The notes under the pieces: model-generated | The model's input: the letters and a program-made list of their open reading frames with translations, nothing else | Database searches by the model: none | Told to the model about the DNA's origin: nothing | Assembly (NCBI GenBank): GCA_902582695.1 | Contig: CACHTH010000001.1 | Coordinates: forward strand, 7,279 to 71,278 | From: an uncultured Candidatus Actinomarina sp. | GTDB lineage: Bacteria; Actinomycetota; Acidimicrobiia; Actinomarinales; Actinomarinaceae | Length of the DNA: 64,000 nucleotides | Direction of reading: 5' to 3' | Shown: piece by piece, positions 25,113-36,605 of the stretch | How the letters are laid out: each line of letters starts with the position of its first letter | Position numbering within the stretch: position 1 is the stretch's first letter | Program-made: the position numbers and the translations under genes

Positions 25113-27704
25113 ATGCAGAATGAAAAATACGATCCATTATCAATAGAAAAAAAATGGCAAAAAAATTGGGAACAAGGGAATAAATTCCAACCAGTAGATT
25201 CTGACGATAATTTTTCTATAGTAATTCCTCCTCCAAATGTAACTGGTTCACTTCATATGGGTCATGCTTTAGAACATTCGATTATTGATGTCATAACAAG
25301 GGTAAAAAGACTACAAGGCTTTCAAACTCTTTGGCTTCCTGGAACTGATCATGCTGGAATTATTACACAACTACTTGTTGAAAAAGAATTAGAAGAGAAT
25401 GGGATTTCTAAGCATGACTTAGGAAGAGAAAATTTTCTAGCAAAAGTTTGGGAATGGAAAGAAAAATCAGGAGACAATATTACTAATCAAATGAAAACTT
25501 TAGGTATGAGTTGTGATTGGTCAAGAGAAAGATTCACAATGGATGAAGGACTTTCACAGGCAGTAATAAATGTATTTGTTTCACTATATGAAAATGATTT
25601 AATTTACAAAGGTACTCGAATGGTTAATTGGGATACAAAATTAAAGTCAGCAGTTTCTGATTTGGAAGTTACGTCTTCAAATGAACTTGGAAAGTTGTGG
25701 ACTATCAACTATAAGGTCGGAGATTCATTTATAGAAATTGCAACAACAAGACCAGAAACTCTACTAGGTGACACAGCTGTTGCTATAAATCCTTCAGACG
25801 AAAGATATAAAGACTTGATAGGAAAAACTGCAATAATCCCAATAGTAAATAGGGAAGTAGAAATTATTGCTGATGAATATGTTGATGTTGAATTTGGCTC
25901 TGGGTGTGTAAAGATTACTCCTGCTCATGACTTCAACGATTATGAAATTGGTAAAAGGCACAATCTAGAAATGATAAGATGTTTAGATTTTGATGGAAAA
26001 ATTGAAAATCATGAATTTATACCTCAAGAATTAAGAGGAATTGATCGGTTTGAAGCTCGAGAAAAAATAATAGAAATGCTTAAAAATCAAAATTTACTCA
26101 AAGGAGTAGAAGATCATCAAATTCAAATTCCAAAAGGGGATAGGTCTAAAACAATACTTGAACCAATGGTTTCTGAACAATGGTTTGTAAAAACTGATGA
26201 GGTTGCAAAAAAAGCAATACAAGTTGTTGAAGATGATGAAATTAAATTTATACCAAAAAATTGGGAAAAAACTTATTTTGAGTGGATGTACAATATTCAG
26301 GACTGGTGTATATCTAGACAGCAATGGTGGGGTCACAGGATTCCAGCTTGGTATGATGATGAAAAAAATCATTATGTTGGTACTAGTGAGGCCAATGTAA
26401 GAGAGAAATATGGTCTTAAAGATGATGTTCAATTAACTCAGGATGAGGATGTCTTAGATACTTGGTTTTCTTCAGCACTTTGGCCATTTAGCACTTTAGG
26501 ATGGCCAGAAGAAACAGAAGATCTAAAAAGTTACTATCCTACTACCTTACTTGTTACTGGTTTTGATATTATTTTTTTCTGGGTTGCAAGAATGATCATG
26601 ATGGGTTTATACACAATGGAAAATATTCCATTTAAAGATATTCTTATCCATGGTTTAGTTAGAGATTCACAAGGAAGAAAAATGTCAAAAAGCCTTGGAA
26701 ACACAATGGACCCCTTAGAATTATCTGAAAAACATGGAGCGGACGCTTTGAGGTTCTCACTTATTGAAAAAGCTAATCCAGGACAAGATGTGCCCTTTGA
26801 CGAAGAGTGGACAGTATCTGCAAAAAAATTTGGCAACAAGATATGGAATGCTGCAAAATTCGTACATTTATACACTGATGAATCTACACCGTCTGAGATT
26901 ACCACTGTATCTTTAATTGAAAATAAATGGATCATATCAAGGTTTAATGAAACCTTAGAAGAATTTAATGAACTTTTCGAAAAATATAAAATTTCAGATG
27001 CCTATAAATTACTATATAATTTTTTGTGGTCTGAGTTGTTTGACTGGTATTTTGAATTTTCAAAGAACTTGTTCAATGACATAGATAAAAAAATTGAAAC
27101 CCAAACTGTTTTAAAGTCAATATTTTTAGAGTCATTGAAATTACTAAACCCTGCAATGCCGCATATAACTGAAGAAATATGGTCTTCTTTTAATGAAAAT
27201 TACATAATTGATAATTCATGGCCAACCAAATATCAGCAAGAATCGGTTGATATTTTTGAAATAGAAAATTTGAGAGAGATAATTACTAAAATTAGAAACT
27301 TTAAATCAACTTACAATTTAAAAAATTCTTTAATTATTGATTTATACTCTTCTGACTCTCATCCGGATTGGTTTATCAATCAGTTAGAGAAAACTGCACA
27401 TGTTACTATTTCTACTATTGAAAATAATGTAAAAGAAGGAGTTGTTCTTTCTTTCCAATCTAACGAATTTAAATTTAGTATATTGGCCAATAAATATATT
27501 GATGTTGAAAATGAAATAAAGAGATTAAATAAAAAAAGAGAAGAATTGCGTAAATCATTAGAAATATCTAATCAAAGGCTCAATAATGACAAATTTATTA
27601 ATAACGCTAAACAAGAATTAATTGATCAAGAAAAACAAAATGTACAAAATCTAAATAGTCAGATCGAATCAATAAATTCAACATTAAAATCACTCGATAA
27701 TTGA
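25113..27704 (+). CDS. valS: valine--tRNA ligase
   Basis: 863 aa with class I HIGH (SLHMGHA) and KMSKS motifs and a C-terminal coiled coil. Confidence 0.95.
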   Translation: MQNEKYDPLSIEKKWQKNWEQGNKFQPVDSDDNFSIVIPPPNVTGSLHMGHALEHSIIDVITRVKRLQGFQTLWLPGTDHAGIITQLLVEKELEENGISKHDLGRENFLAKVWEWKEKSGDNITNQMKTLGMSCDWSRERFTMDEGLSQAVINVFVSLYENDLIYKGTRMVNWDTKLKSAVSDLEVTSSNELGKLWTINYKVGDSFIEIATTRPETLLGDTAVAINPSDERYKDLIGKTAIIPIVNREVEIIADEYVDVEFGSGCVKITPAHDFNDYEIGKRHNLEMIRCLDFDGKIENHEFIPQELRGIDRFEAREKIIEMLKNQNLLKGVEDHQIQIPKGDRSKTILEPMVSEQWFVKTDEVAKKAIQVVEDDEIKFIPKNWEKTYFEWMYNIQDWCISRQQWWGHRIPAWYDDEKNHYVGTSEANVREKYGLKDDVQLTQDEDVLDTWFSSALWPFSTLGWPEETEDLKSYYPTTLLVTGFDIIFFWVARMIMMGLYTMENIPFKDILIHGLVRDSQGRKMSKSLGNTMDPLELSEKHGADALRFSLIEKANPGQDVPFDEEWTVSAKKFGNKIWNAAKFVHLYTDESTPSEITTVSLIENKWIISRFNETLEEFNELFEKYKISDAYKLLYNFLWSELFDWYFEFSKNLFNDIDKKIETQTVLKSIFLESLKLLNPAMPHITEEIWSSFNENYIIDNSWPTKYQQESVDIFEIENLREIITKIRNFKSTYNLKNSLIIDLYSSDSHPDWFINQLEKTAHVTISTIENNVKEGVVLSFQSNEFKFSILANKYIDVENEIKRLNKKREELRKSLEISNQRLNNDKFINNAKQELIDQEKQNVQNLNSQIESINSTLKSLDN

Positions 27705-28852
27705 AGGAATTAGAAGAATATTTAAATTCTAAAATTGGGTTAACCAACAATAAGAATCTTGAAGCGCTTCATAGATTTTTCACAGAAGATCAGTTGAAGT
27801 ATTTAATGGATAAAACTATCGCTATTGTTGGAACCAATGGAAAAACTTCAACAGCCAATTTTATTTATAAACTGCTTAGCAAAGAAAAAAAACAAGTTTT
27901 AATGTTTACCTCACCTCATCTAGTGAACTTTCAAGAAAGAATACAATCTTTTAGCGATATTAATTTTGATTTCATTTCGAGATCCGTTCATGATTTTGAG
28001 ATTGAAAATAATATAACTTTAGGCTATTTTGAAACTCTTTTTTTGATTGCTAGTAAAGCCTTTTTAGATAATGAAATGGATTATTTCATATGTGAGGCTG
28101 GTATAGGTGGAGTTTTAGATACTACTTCTGTCATTCAAAGTAAAAATGTCGTACTTACAAATATTGGAAGAGATCACCAAGATTTACTGGGTTATACAGA
28201 CCTTGAAGTTTTAGATCAAAAAATATTTGTATCAAATAGAATAGATAATTTATTTGTTGGTGAATTGAGCGACGAATTAATTAAAGTGATAGAAAATAAT
28301 TACAAACATTTTAAATCAAAGCACTTGTTAAAGGATTTTGTTGAGGGCAAATCAAAGGATTTCACATCAAATCAATTAAATTATTTATTCGCTTCATTAG
28401 TCGTAAACTTTTTACTAGGTTCGAATACAAAAAAAATTCCTCTAGATCTTAGTAAAGAATTTGTAGAAGGAAGGTTTGAAATTATTAATCGAAATCCTTT
28501 AAAAATTTTAGATGGTGCACACAATATAGATGGGTTTATTAAAACTATAGAAGACTATGAAAAAGTATATAGTATAGGAAATACTCATTTGTATCTAGGT
28601 TTCAAAAATGGAAAAAACATAGAAAATATCATCAGCTATTTAAAGCCAAAAAAACAATACAAGTTAAATTTTATTGAGGAAAATACTTTTTTTAATCAAC
28701 AAAACCCTAATAAATTTATTGATTATTTAGAAAGTGAAAATATAGATTATAAAATAGTTGAACTTAGTACTTTTTCATCAAATAAGAATCCTTCTATATT
28801 GCTAGGTAGTTTATATTTAATTGGAGAGTATAAAAAAAGGATAATTACATGA
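27701..28852 (+). CDS. folC: folylpolyglutamate synthase / dihydrofolate synthase (Mur ligase family), short form
   Basis: 383 aa with the P-loop VGTNGKTST. It occupies the conserved valS-folC-ndk position. The TTG start overlaps the valS stop by 4 nt. Confidence 0.8.
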   Translation: MKELEEYLNSKIGLTNNKNLEALHRFFTEDQLKYLMDKTIAIVGTNGKTSTANFIYKLLSKEKKQVLMFTSPHLVNFQERIQSFSDINFDFISRSVHDFEIENNITLGYFETLFLIASKAFLDNEMDYFICEAGIGGVLDTTSVIQSKNVVLTNIGRDHQDLLGYTDLEVLDQKIFVSNRIDNLFVGELSDELIKVIENNYKHFKSKHLLKDFVEGKSKDFTSNQLNYLFASLVVNFLLGSNTKKIPLDLSKEFVEGRFEIINRNPLKILDGAHNIDGFIKTIEDYEKVYSIGNTHLYLGFKNGKNIENIISYLKPKKQYKLNFIEENTFFNQQNPNKFIDYLESENIDYKIVELSTFSSNKNPSILLGSLYLIGEYKKRIIT

Positions 28853-29244
28853 GAACGTTTTTTATGATAAAACCTGATGGTGTACAAAGAAATTTGGTTG
28901 GGGAAATTATTTCAAGAGTTGAAGCTAAAGGATTTTCCATCACAAAAATAAAAATGATGACTATTTCTAAAGAATTAGCAGAGCAGCATTATGGGGAACA
29001 TAAAGACAAACCATTTTTTAATGATTTAGTATCTTTCATAACAAGTGGTCCAGTTGTTGCAATGCAGGTTGAGGGTGAAAATGTTGTTCTACAAATCAGA
29101 AACCTTATGGGGGCTACTAATCCAAGCGAATCAACACCGGGCTCAATTAGGGGTGATTTAGCAACTGAGTTAGACAAAAATGTTGTTCATGGATCAGATT
29201 CAGACGAAAGTGCTGAGAGAGAACTTTCGTTATTTTTTGGATAG
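28849..29244 (+). CDS. ndk: nucleoside-diphosphate kinase
   Basis: 131 aa with [12 protein letters not shown] and the active-site segment NVVHGSDS. Confidence 0.95.
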   Translation: MRTFFMIKPDGVQRNLVGEIISRVEAKGFSITKIKMMTISKELAEQHYGEHKDKPFFNDLVSFITSGPVVAMQVEGENVVLQIRNLMGATNPSESTPGSIRGDLATELDKNVVHGSDSDESAERELSLFFG

Positions 29245-29291
29245 TAAATAAATATTTAAAAACAGCAACTATTAGATTATTCTATTAGTAC

Positions 29292-30335
29292 ATGGTTGAC
29301 TTAAATTTACGAAGAACATTATTTGGTGGCAACGATATTGCAATTGACTTAGGTACTGCCAACACCCTCATATATGTAAAAGGGGTTGGAGTTGTAGTTG
29401 ATGAGCCCACACTTCTTGCTGTAAGCAAAAGCGATAACTCGATAATCACTATTGGTCGTGAGGCAAAAAAATTAATCGGAAGAGTTCCAGATACTATTGA
29501 GCTTGTAAGGCCATTGCGGGATGGTGTGATATCTGAAATTGAAATGGCAGAGGAACTTGTTAAAACCTTACTGTCAAGAGCAATAGGACGTGCTTACTCA
29601 AGACCTAGAATTGTGATATGTGTTCCAAATGGCGTTACAAGCGTTGAGCAAAGATCAATTGAAACGGCTGCTCATGCCACAGGTGCATCTGAAGTTTTCA
29701 CAATAGAAGAACCCATGGCTGCAGCGATTGGAAGTGGTTTAAATATTTTTGAGCCCTATGGAAACATGATTGTAGACATAGGCGGTGGTACAACTGAAAT
29801 AGCAGTTATATCAATGGGGGATGTAGTAAACGCTAACTCGGTAAGGGTTGGTGGTGAAGATATGACAGAGATATTAATTGAATGGTTGAGGAGAGAACAT
29901 CAAATACTTGTAGATACTGGTATCGCAGAAAATATTAAACATGCAGTTGGTTCAGCTTATCAATATGATAAAGAGCCTCAAGTAACAGTAACTGGAAGAG
30001 ATATTGTAAGAGGTATACCTAAGCAGGTATTACTAGAGGCAAGTGATGTTAGGAATGCCTTACAGCCAGTAGTAAATGATATTATTGAAGCTATAAGAAT
30101 ATCTCTTTCACAAACTCCACCGGCCTTGGTTTCAGACATTGACAAGGATGGAGCATGGCTTACAGGTGGAGGATCTCTTTTAAAGCAAATGGATAAAAAA
30201 ATAGCTGAAGAGCTAGGTATCCCAATTAATAATACAGATGATCCATTAAGTTCAGTTGTAATTGGTTCTGGTATTTGCTTAGAGCGATTTCAAGACTACA
30301 AAAGTGTTTTGAAATTATCCCCAAAACCTAATTAA
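29292..30335 (+). CDS. mreB: rod shape-determining actin homologue MreB
   Basis: 347 aa with actin-fold phosphate motifs (DIAIDLGTANT, VDIGGGTTE, LTGGGSLL). Confidence 0.95.
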   Translation: MVDLNLRRTLFGGNDIAIDLGTANTLIYVKGVGVVVDEPTLLAVSKSDNSIITIGREAKKLIGRVPDTIELVRPLRDGVISEIEMAEELVKTLLSRAIGRAYSRPRIVICVPNGVTSVEQRSIETAAHATGASEVFTIEEPMAAAIGSGLNIFEPYGNMIVDIGGGTTEIAVISMGDVVNANSVRVGGEDMTEILIEWLRREHQILVDTGIAENIKHAVGSAYQYDKEPQVTVTGRDIVRGIPKQVLLEASDVRNALQPVVNDIIEAIRISLSQTPPALVSDIDKDGAWLTGGGSLLKQMDKKIAEELGIPINNTDDPLSSVVIGSGICLERFQDYKSVLKLSPKPN

Positions 30336-30336
30336 T

Positions 30337-31128
30337 ATGCAAAGTACTCAAGTTATTGGTATAAGAAAATATGTAGTTTATTTCCTTTTTATTTTTCTTT
30401 CAGGTTTATTAAGTGCCGTTGACTATTTTTCTAATAAAACATTATCAAATTTTATTCCAGAACAAGTGAATTTAATTTCCAATTTCCAAATACCTGATAG
30501 GCTTCTGCAAAATGAATTTTCTAGCTTATCTTCAAGTAGAGCGGATTTAGTCGCAGAAAATATAAGATTGAAAGAAGAGCTCTCTAATTTGCGAGTATTG
30601 TATGTAGAGAACCAAGATTTACAAGATGATCTTGATTCTTATGACCTTCTTATAAAAAATATTAGTGACTTTGAATTAACATACTATGCAACAAGCTTAA
30701 TTTTAAAAAATTCGACAGACGAATATCTAATTTCAGGGGGAAGGGACTACAATTTTGACCCTGGGGATCTAGTGATAAATGAGACAGGATATGTAGTTGG
30801 TTATCTAGGAGAAGTTTTTAATGATTATTCAATACTTGAATCATTCAATTCTGCAAATTTTAACTTTAGAGCATTAGATGAAAACAACAACATTTTTGAG
30901 GTCAGTTCAAATGGTAAAGAGTTAATATTTAGTTCTTTAGAATCAACATTGAATTCAAAAGTTGGAATGTTATATTCAGATATTACATTTGGGCATATAA
31001 ACAAGTTTCCACTCTTGAATTTAGAATCTTATGAACAAACAAAGCTAAACAACAAATTAACAGTTATAGTTCCAATAGAGGATATGCTGACTTTCCAAAG
31101 TAAATTATTCATCCCTAAAAGTAAATGA
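30337..31128 (+). CDS. mreC: rod shape-determining protein MreC
   Basis: 263 aa with an N-terminal TM helix, a coiled coil (ENIRLKEELSNLR) and a beta-rich C-terminus. It sits between mreB and mreD. Confidence 0.8.
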   Translation: MQSTQVIGIRKYVVYFLFIFLSGLLSAVDYFSNKTLSNFIPEQVNLISNFQIPDRLLQNEFSSLSSSRADLVAENIRLKEELSNLRVLYVENQDLQDDLDSYDLLIKNISDFELTYYATSLILKNSTDEYLISGGRDYNFDPGDLVINETGYVVGYLGEVFNDYSILESFNSANFNFRALDENNNIFEVSSNGKELIFSSLESTLNSKVGMLYSDITFGHINKFPLLNLESYEQTKLNNKLTVIVPIEDMLTFQSKLFIPKSK

Positions 31129-31577
31129 AAGTTATAAGACTATTTTCAATATCTACTTTTCTTTTCATGCTTTGTTTGTTCGAAAATTATCTGAATACAT
31201 TTATTTCTTTAGATTTTGGAGTTTATGTATTCTTAATTTCACTTATATATATAGGAACTGAATTATTTAATCAAAATTTAGTTCTCCCAATTTTCTTAAC
31301 AGGAATCTTGTACGACTCTTTTTTTAGTACTTACTATTTAGGACTTTATACTTCAATATTCTTAGTCTTGGTTGTTTTGTCTAATTTTGTAGTATCGAGA
31401 TACAGTCGATCAAATGTTATATACATAACAACTATTGCATTATGTTTATTGATATATAAAATTCCTATTATCTTAGAGTTTGATTTAGATTATTGGTTAA
31501 CAGGCTATTTCACTTCTATTATTGTAAATTCATTTATTTTTGTCTCCCTAAAAAGAACTTTAAGAAAAAATGTTTAA
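31125..31577 (+). CDS. mreD: rod shape-determining protein MreD
   Basis: 150-aa polytopic membrane protein in the canonical mreBCD position, overlapping mreC by 4 nt. Confidence 0.7.
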   Translation: MKVIRLFSISTFLFMLCLFENYLNTFISLDFGVYVFLISLIYIGTELFNQNLVLPIFLTGILYDSFFSTYYLGLYTSIFLVLVVLSNFVVSRYSRSNVIYITTIALCLLIYKIPIILEFDLDYWLTGYFTSIIVNSFIFVSLKRTLRKNV

Positions 31578-33408
31578 TCAAATAAGGCTTAAATTTACGT
31601 TTATTGCTTTTTTTATCTTACTGGCTTTTATTTTGTTTGACATCTTTCAACTTCAAACAACCGAATTTCGGTCTACATCTGAAATTATTGACCAGCAAAA
31701 TTTAGATAAATTTTATATTACAGCACCGAGAGGTGAAATATTTGATGCAAATGGAGAAAAAATAGCTGAAACCAAATTAGAACCTCATTTATTTATAAAC
31801 ATGAGAAAAATAACTTATGAGAACTCAGCCAGCTATACACAAATTATTCAATATAATTTTCCAGATTTAACAACTGGAGAAATTAATGAAATATTTGAAA
31901 GTAAGGAAATTTTACAATTCGTTACAAACCTCTCTTCTATTGAATATGAGGTTAGAAATAATCTGTTAACTAATTTTGATGCTTTTTTAATAATTGATTT
32001 ACCAATAAGAAACTATATTAAAAATGAACTTTTTGCTCATACAATCGGATATTTAGGAATACCAAATCAAGATGAGTTTAATATTTTTCAAAATGCATTG
32101 GGTAATAATCAGGTTGGCAAAAATGGATTAGAAAGATATTACGAGGACTATTTGTCTGGAATTCCAGGTGAATTAACTTTCTTAGGTTCTGAGATTATAG
32201 ACTTAAAACAACCAATTCCAGGAAGGGATTTATTTTTATCAATTGATTCTTCAACTCAGTTAGTTACAAAAGAATCATTACAACAGGGCATAGATTTAGC
32301 GAATAAAAGTTTTGAGTCAATAAATGAAATTAAAAGAGGTGCATCTGTGGTTTTGGACATTGAAACTGGGAACATTATTTCCATGGTTTCTCTACCTGAT
32401 TTCAATCCTAACAAGTTTGTATCTGGCATAAGTGACTTTGAATACAAACAGCTCGATAGAGATCAAGCTTTTAATAACTTTGCAATCCAGGGCCTTTATC
32501 CTCCAGGTTCAGTATTTAAAGTTGTTGCTTATTGGTTAGCACTAAGTGAAAATATATTTCCTGAGGGCTTGAACAACAAAGATTCAAAAGTTGATTGTGA
32601 GGGAAGTCTTTCATTTGGATTTGATGACGGATCTCAGCAAGTTTATAACGACTGGAAACTCGAGGGCCATGGAAAAGTAGATCTTACTGATGCAATTAAA
32701 CAGTCATGCAATGTTTACTTTTGGGACATAGCTTTAAATATATGGAGAAATTTTGGTAATACGGAAGGAGAGTCAATTCTTCAGGATTATTCTAAAGAAT
32801 TAGGATTTAGTGAAAAAACAAATGTTGACTTACCATTTGAAAAGGTTGGAATCATTCCTGATAGAGATCTTTTCGAAGAGTGGAAAATATCTAGACCAGG
32901 CCTTGTGAGAGAAGAGGGATGGTTAGGTGGAGATTTAATGAACTTAATCATTGGTCAAGGAGCTATAACGACCACGCCTCTTCAGGTTGCAAATGCATAT
33001 AGAACTTTATTAACTGGAGAAAACTTATCGCCGACAATAAACGTAAATGCAGAAAAGATATTAAATAACAAAATAAATGTGAGTGAAGAATTTATTTCAT
33101 TTTTTTTAAAAGACTTAAACACAGTTACCAATAAAGGTGGAACAGCCTATGTTTCATTCAGTATATTGGGAAACAAAGTAAATGACATTGGTGGAAAAAC
33201 AGGAACAGCACAAAATGCTGGTGATAAAAATAATACTTCTTGGTTTGTTGGAGTTGATTCTATAAGCAATCCAAAATATATTATTGTTACAGTTGTTGAC
33301 GAGGGCGGATCTGGAAGTGCGGTTGCTGCACCAGTTTCTCGAAGAATTATTCAGCATTTACGTGAATACGAAGTAACTCCGGTGGAATTTGGAGAAATTA
33401 CAGAATGA
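31570..33408 (+). CDS. mrdA: penicillin-binding protein 2 (elongasome transpeptidase)
   Basis: 612 aa with the transpeptidase motifs SVFK (SxxK), SCN (SxN) and KTGTA. Confidence 0.9.
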   Translation: MFNQIRLKFTFIAFFILLAFILFDIFQLQTTEFRSTSEIIDQQNLDKFYITAPRGEIFDANGEKIAETKLEPHLFINMRKITYENSASYTQIIQYNFPDLTTGEINEIFESKEILQFVTNLSSIEYEVRNNLLTNFDAFLIIDLPIRNYIKNELFAHTIGYLGIPNQDEFNIFQNALGNNQVGKNGLERYYEDYLSGIPGELTFLGSEIIDLKQPIPGRDLFLSIDSSTQLVTKESLQQGIDLANKSFESINEIKRGASVVLDIETGNIISMVSLPDFNPNKFVSGISDFEYKQLDRDQAFNNFAIQGLYPPGSVFKVVAYWLALSENIFPEGLNNKDSKVDCEGSLSFGFDDGSQQVYNDWKLEGHGKVDLTDAIKQSCNVYFWDIALNIWRNFGNTEGESILQDYSKELGFSEKTNVDLPFEKVGIIPDRDLFEEWKISRPGLVREEGWLGGDLMNLIIGQGAITTTPLQVANAYRTLLTGENLSPTINVNAEKILNNKINVSEEFISFFLKDLNTVTNKGGTAYVSFSILGNKVNDIGGKTGTAQNAGDKNNTSWFVGVDSISNPKYIIVTVVDEGGSGSAVAAPVSRRIIQHLREYEVTPVEFGEITE

Positions 33409-34487
33409 TTAATCGAAAAATTACAATATTAGGTCCAGAAGGAACAAATTTATATATCCTTCTTCAATTTATGTTGTTTAGTGTTATTTCATGGTTTACA
33501 TTATTTAGCTCAATTGAATCAATTGAGTTTGAGACAACTAATATTTTATCGAGACAAATAGTGTTTTCTTTAATCGGGTTAATTGTATTTTTTTTAACGA
33601 CATATCTTTCAATTGAGAACTTATATAATTTAATAAATTCATTATTTATACTTTCTGTTTCTGTTTTAATAGGCCTACTTTTCACCACCCCAATACTTGG
33701 TGTAAGGCGATGGTATGATTTAGAACCAATTGGATTACCAATTTTTATTCAACCATCAGAATTCAGCAAAATTATTTTAGTTTTGTTCTTAGCAAAAATA
33801 CTCAGCCAAAAGTCTTATAAGTTAATTGCTCTAATGGGGGTTCTTATAAATCTACTTTTAATTTTTATACAACCTGATTTAGGAACAACAATGTTGCTTT
33901 TAATAGTCACTTCTTTCATGTTTTTTATGTCTGACATCAAACTTAGGAGCGCTGTTCTAGGGTTATTAGTACTTTTTCTTTTATTTTTTATTCTTTTAGA
34001 AATGAACTTTATAGGTGACTATCAAATATCAAGAATTACAGATTTCTTTTCTGGCAATGACTTTTCGCAAAAGCAAAGCAGACTTTCAATCTCTTCAGGA
34101 GGTTTGTTTGGAACTTATTTTACTAATTCACAAATAACAGAAGTATTTGTACCTGTGCAAACTACCGACTTTATTTTTTCTCTTTATTCAAGAAATTTTG
34201 GTTTTCTAGGAGGTTTGTTTCTTCTATCTCTATGGATCCTATTTTTCTTTAGGGTAAATAGAATAATTAAACTTACTCAAATACAGTTTGAAAAATATCT
34301 TCTTTCAGGATTATTAATTCTTTTAGGTGTGCAAATATTTATAAATTTATTAACTATTCTTGGATTTATTCCTTTAACTGGAATTCCTTTTCCACTCTTA
34401 AGCCTTGGAGGATCGTCAATATTTTCAACCGCAATAATATTTGGGTTAATTAATAGAGTTTTCATAGAAAACAACATAGTTGTTTAA
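33405..34487 (+). CDS. rodA: SEDS-family peptidoglycan glycosyltransferase RodA
   Basis: 360-aa polytopic FtsW/RodA/SpoVE-type protein (QPSEFSKI, TDFIFS, PLTGIPFPLLSLGGSS), immediately downstream of pbp2. Confidence 0.88.
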   Translation: MINRKITILGPEGTNLYILLQFMLFSVISWFTLFSSIESIEFETTNILSRQIVFSLIGLIVFFLTTYLSIENLYNLINSLFILSVSVLIGLLFTTPILGVRRWYDLEPIGLPIFIQPSEFSKIILVLFLAKILSQKSYKLIALMGVLINLLLIFIQPDLGTTMLLLIVTSFMFFMSDIKLRSAVLGLLVLFLLFFILLEMNFIGDYQISRITDFFSGNDFSQKQSRLSISSGGLFGTYFTNSQITEVFVPVQTTDFIFSLYSRNFGFLGGLFLLSLWILFFFRVNRIIKLTQIQFEKYLLSGLLILLGVQIFINLLTILGFIPLTGIPFPLLSLGGSSIFSTAIIFGLINRVFIENNIVV

Positions 34488-34549
34488 TTTTTAAATCTAT
34501 TATTCTTAACTTATGTTAAATTTAAATATTCATCATCTCGGAGGTTTTA

Positions 34550-36016
34550 ATGTTTGGTATGTTCAAAAAGTCAAAGATTGTTCGCAAAAGCGACAATATG
34601 GACAATACAAAAACTAAATGGTTTAATGGCCAAAAAGTAAAAATAAAATCAGGGACTTCTCGCTCAGGTCCTCAAAAAAGTAAAGATTTTAAAGATAAGA
34701 ACCCAACATGGTTCAGAGAGCAACCATTACCAGTCCCAGAAGTAGAAAAAAAGCAGATGCTTATTAGCTCAAAAGATGGTGTATCAAAGGTCGCCATACT
34801 TGAGGGACCAACCCTGGTTCAGTACTACACATCAGAAAATAACGCTAAGTCTAAAGTCGGTAATATTTACCTTGGAAAAGTAAAAAATGTTTTACCTGGA
34901 ATGGAAGCAGCCTTTGTTTCTTTTGGTGAAGAAAAAAATGGTGTGTTGTACGTTGCTGACATAGAGGGTTCTCATAAAAATTCAAAAATAGAAAATTTAC
35001 TAAAACCTGATCAGGAGATTTTAGTTCAAGTAGTTAAAGATGCTATGGGGGAAAAGGGGGCAAGGTTAACTGGCCAAATATCCCTTCCAGGAAGATATTT
35101 AGTACTAATTCCAAACTCCAGAACAAAGGGTATCTCTAGGAGACTATCTGATAACGAGAGAAGTAGGTTAGACAGAATTATTCGTAAACTTAAACCTGAA
35201 AATTTTGGTGTTATTGTTAGGACTGCTGCCGAAGGGGTGAGTGAAAAAGCATTACAAGTAGATATAGAAAAACTTGTAGAAGAATGGGATACTGTCAGTA
35301 ATTATAAAAGTGGTGATGCTCCAAAATTAATTCATCAAGAACCAGATGTATCCATAAAAGTAATAAGAGAACATCTTAACGGAACATTTAAAAAGCTTTT
35401 AATTGATAGAAAAGATCAATTTGATGAAATCAAAAACTATGTTTCTGCTACATCTCCTGAAATAAGCAATATTGTGGACTTTTATCAGGATGAACTAATG
35501 TTATTTGAAAGGTATCACATTGAAGACCAAATAAAAAAGGCTTTAGATAGGAAAGTTTGGTTGCCATCCGGTGGACATCTAATTATTGACAGAACAGAAG
35601 CACTAACAGTCATTGATGTAAACACTGGAAAATTTGTTGGAAAAAACAGTCTTGAGGAAACTGTGTATGAAAATAATTTAGAAGCCGCAGAAGAAATTGC
35701 AAGACAATTAAGACTTCGAGATATTGGTGGAATTATAGTTATAGATTTTATAGATATGGAGTCAACCAAAAAGCAACAAAGTCTTTTAAATAGATTTAAA
35801 CAGGAATTAGCTAAAGACAAGACTAGAACACAGGTATTTGAAATATCCAGACTTGGATTAGTAGAAATGACTAGAAAGAATGTCGCAGCCGGTCTTGTTG
35901 AAAGTTTTTCAGAAGAATGTGAAAAATGCAATGGCAGGGGTCTAATAATTAATGATATTTTTGCTAACAAAAGTATAGAAGAAGGCTTGATTGAGTCCGA
36001 GGCTGTAGTAGAGTGA
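34550..36016 (+). CDS. rne: ribonuclease E/G family endoribonuclease
   Basis: 488 aa with an S1 domain (NIYLGKVKNVLPGMEAAFV), a catalytic core (ALTVIDVNTGKF, GGIIVIDFIDM) and a short basic N-terminal extension. Confidence 0.9.
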   Translation: MFGMFKKSKIVRKSDNMDNTKTKWFNGQKVKIKSGTSRSGPQKSKDFKDKNPTWFREQPLPVPEVEKKQMLISSKDGVSKVAILEGPTLVQYYTSENNAKSKVGNIYLGKVKNVLPGMEAAFVSFGEEKNGVLYVADIEGSHKNSKIENLLKPDQEILVQVVKDAMGEKGARLTGQISLPGRYLVLIPNSRTKGISRRLSDNERSRLDRIIRKLKPENFGVIVRTAAEGVSEKALQVDIEKLVEEWDTVSNYKSGDAPKLIHQEPDVSIKVIREHLNGTFKKLLIDRKDQFDEIKNYVSATSPEISNIVDFYQDELMLFERYHIEDQIKKALDRKVWLPSGGHLIIDRTEALTVIDVNTGKFVGKNSLEETVYENNLEAAEEIARQLRLRDIGGIIVIDFIDMESTKKQQSLLNRFKQELAKDKTRTQVFEISRLGLVEMTRKNVAAGLVESFSEECEKCNGRGLIINDIFANKSIEEGLIESEAVVE

Positions 36017-36023
36017 TTGAGTT

Positions 36024-36350
36024 ATGAGTAAATATGCTGTTATTAAAGTTGGATCTTCTCAAGAAAGAGTAAGTGTTGGAGATCAGTTTTCCGTTTCATC
36101 TTCTTTTGAAGAAAAAACTGTTGTTCCTGTATTAGTCAGCCCTAGAAAAGGTCAAATAGTTGTGGATGACAAAGAACTAAAAAACTATAAAGTTGAACTA
36201 GAGCATCTTTCTTCTTCAAAGTCAAAAAAGATTAACATTTTTCAATATAAAAACAAAACTGGAAACAGAAGAAGAGTTGGATATAGAGAAGACTCAAAAA
36301 TTGTTAAAGTTAAGAGTATTCAAGGACTTGAAAGCGCTGAGGAGGAATAA
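36024..36350 (+). CDS. rplU: 50S ribosomal protein L21
   Basis: 108 aa. The [13 protein letters not shown] start is typical of L21, and the gene lies upstream of rpmA. Confidence 0.9.
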   Translation: MSKYAVIKVGSSQERVSVGDQFSVSSSFEEKTVVPVLVSPRKGQIVVDDKELKNYKVELEHLSSSKSKKINIFQYKNKTGNRRRVGYREDSKIVKVKSIQGLESAEEE

Positions 36351-36601
36351 TGTCTAAAACAAAAGCTGGTGGTTCAACCAGGAATGGTAGAGATTCAGAG
36401 TCCAAACGCCTTGGTACTAAAGTTTATGACGGAGAAAATATATCTGCTGGTTCGATTGTAGTCAGACAAAGAGGTACAAAAATTCATCCAGGAGAAAACG
36501 TATCCAAAGGTGGAGACGACACTCTCTTTGCAAAAATAGATGGTGTTGTAAAATTTTCTACTAGAAAAGGTAGAAAATTAGTTAATGTAATTCCAAAATG
36601 A
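36350..36601 (+). CDS. rpmA: 50S ribosomal protein L27
   Basis: 83 aa with [18 protein letters not shown] and [13 protein letters not shown]. Confidence 0.95.
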   Translation: MSKTKAGGSTRNGRDSESKRLGTKVYDGENISAGSIVVRQRGTKIHPGENVSKGGDDTLFAKIDGVVKFSTRKGRKLVNVIPK

Positions 36602-36605
36602 GCCA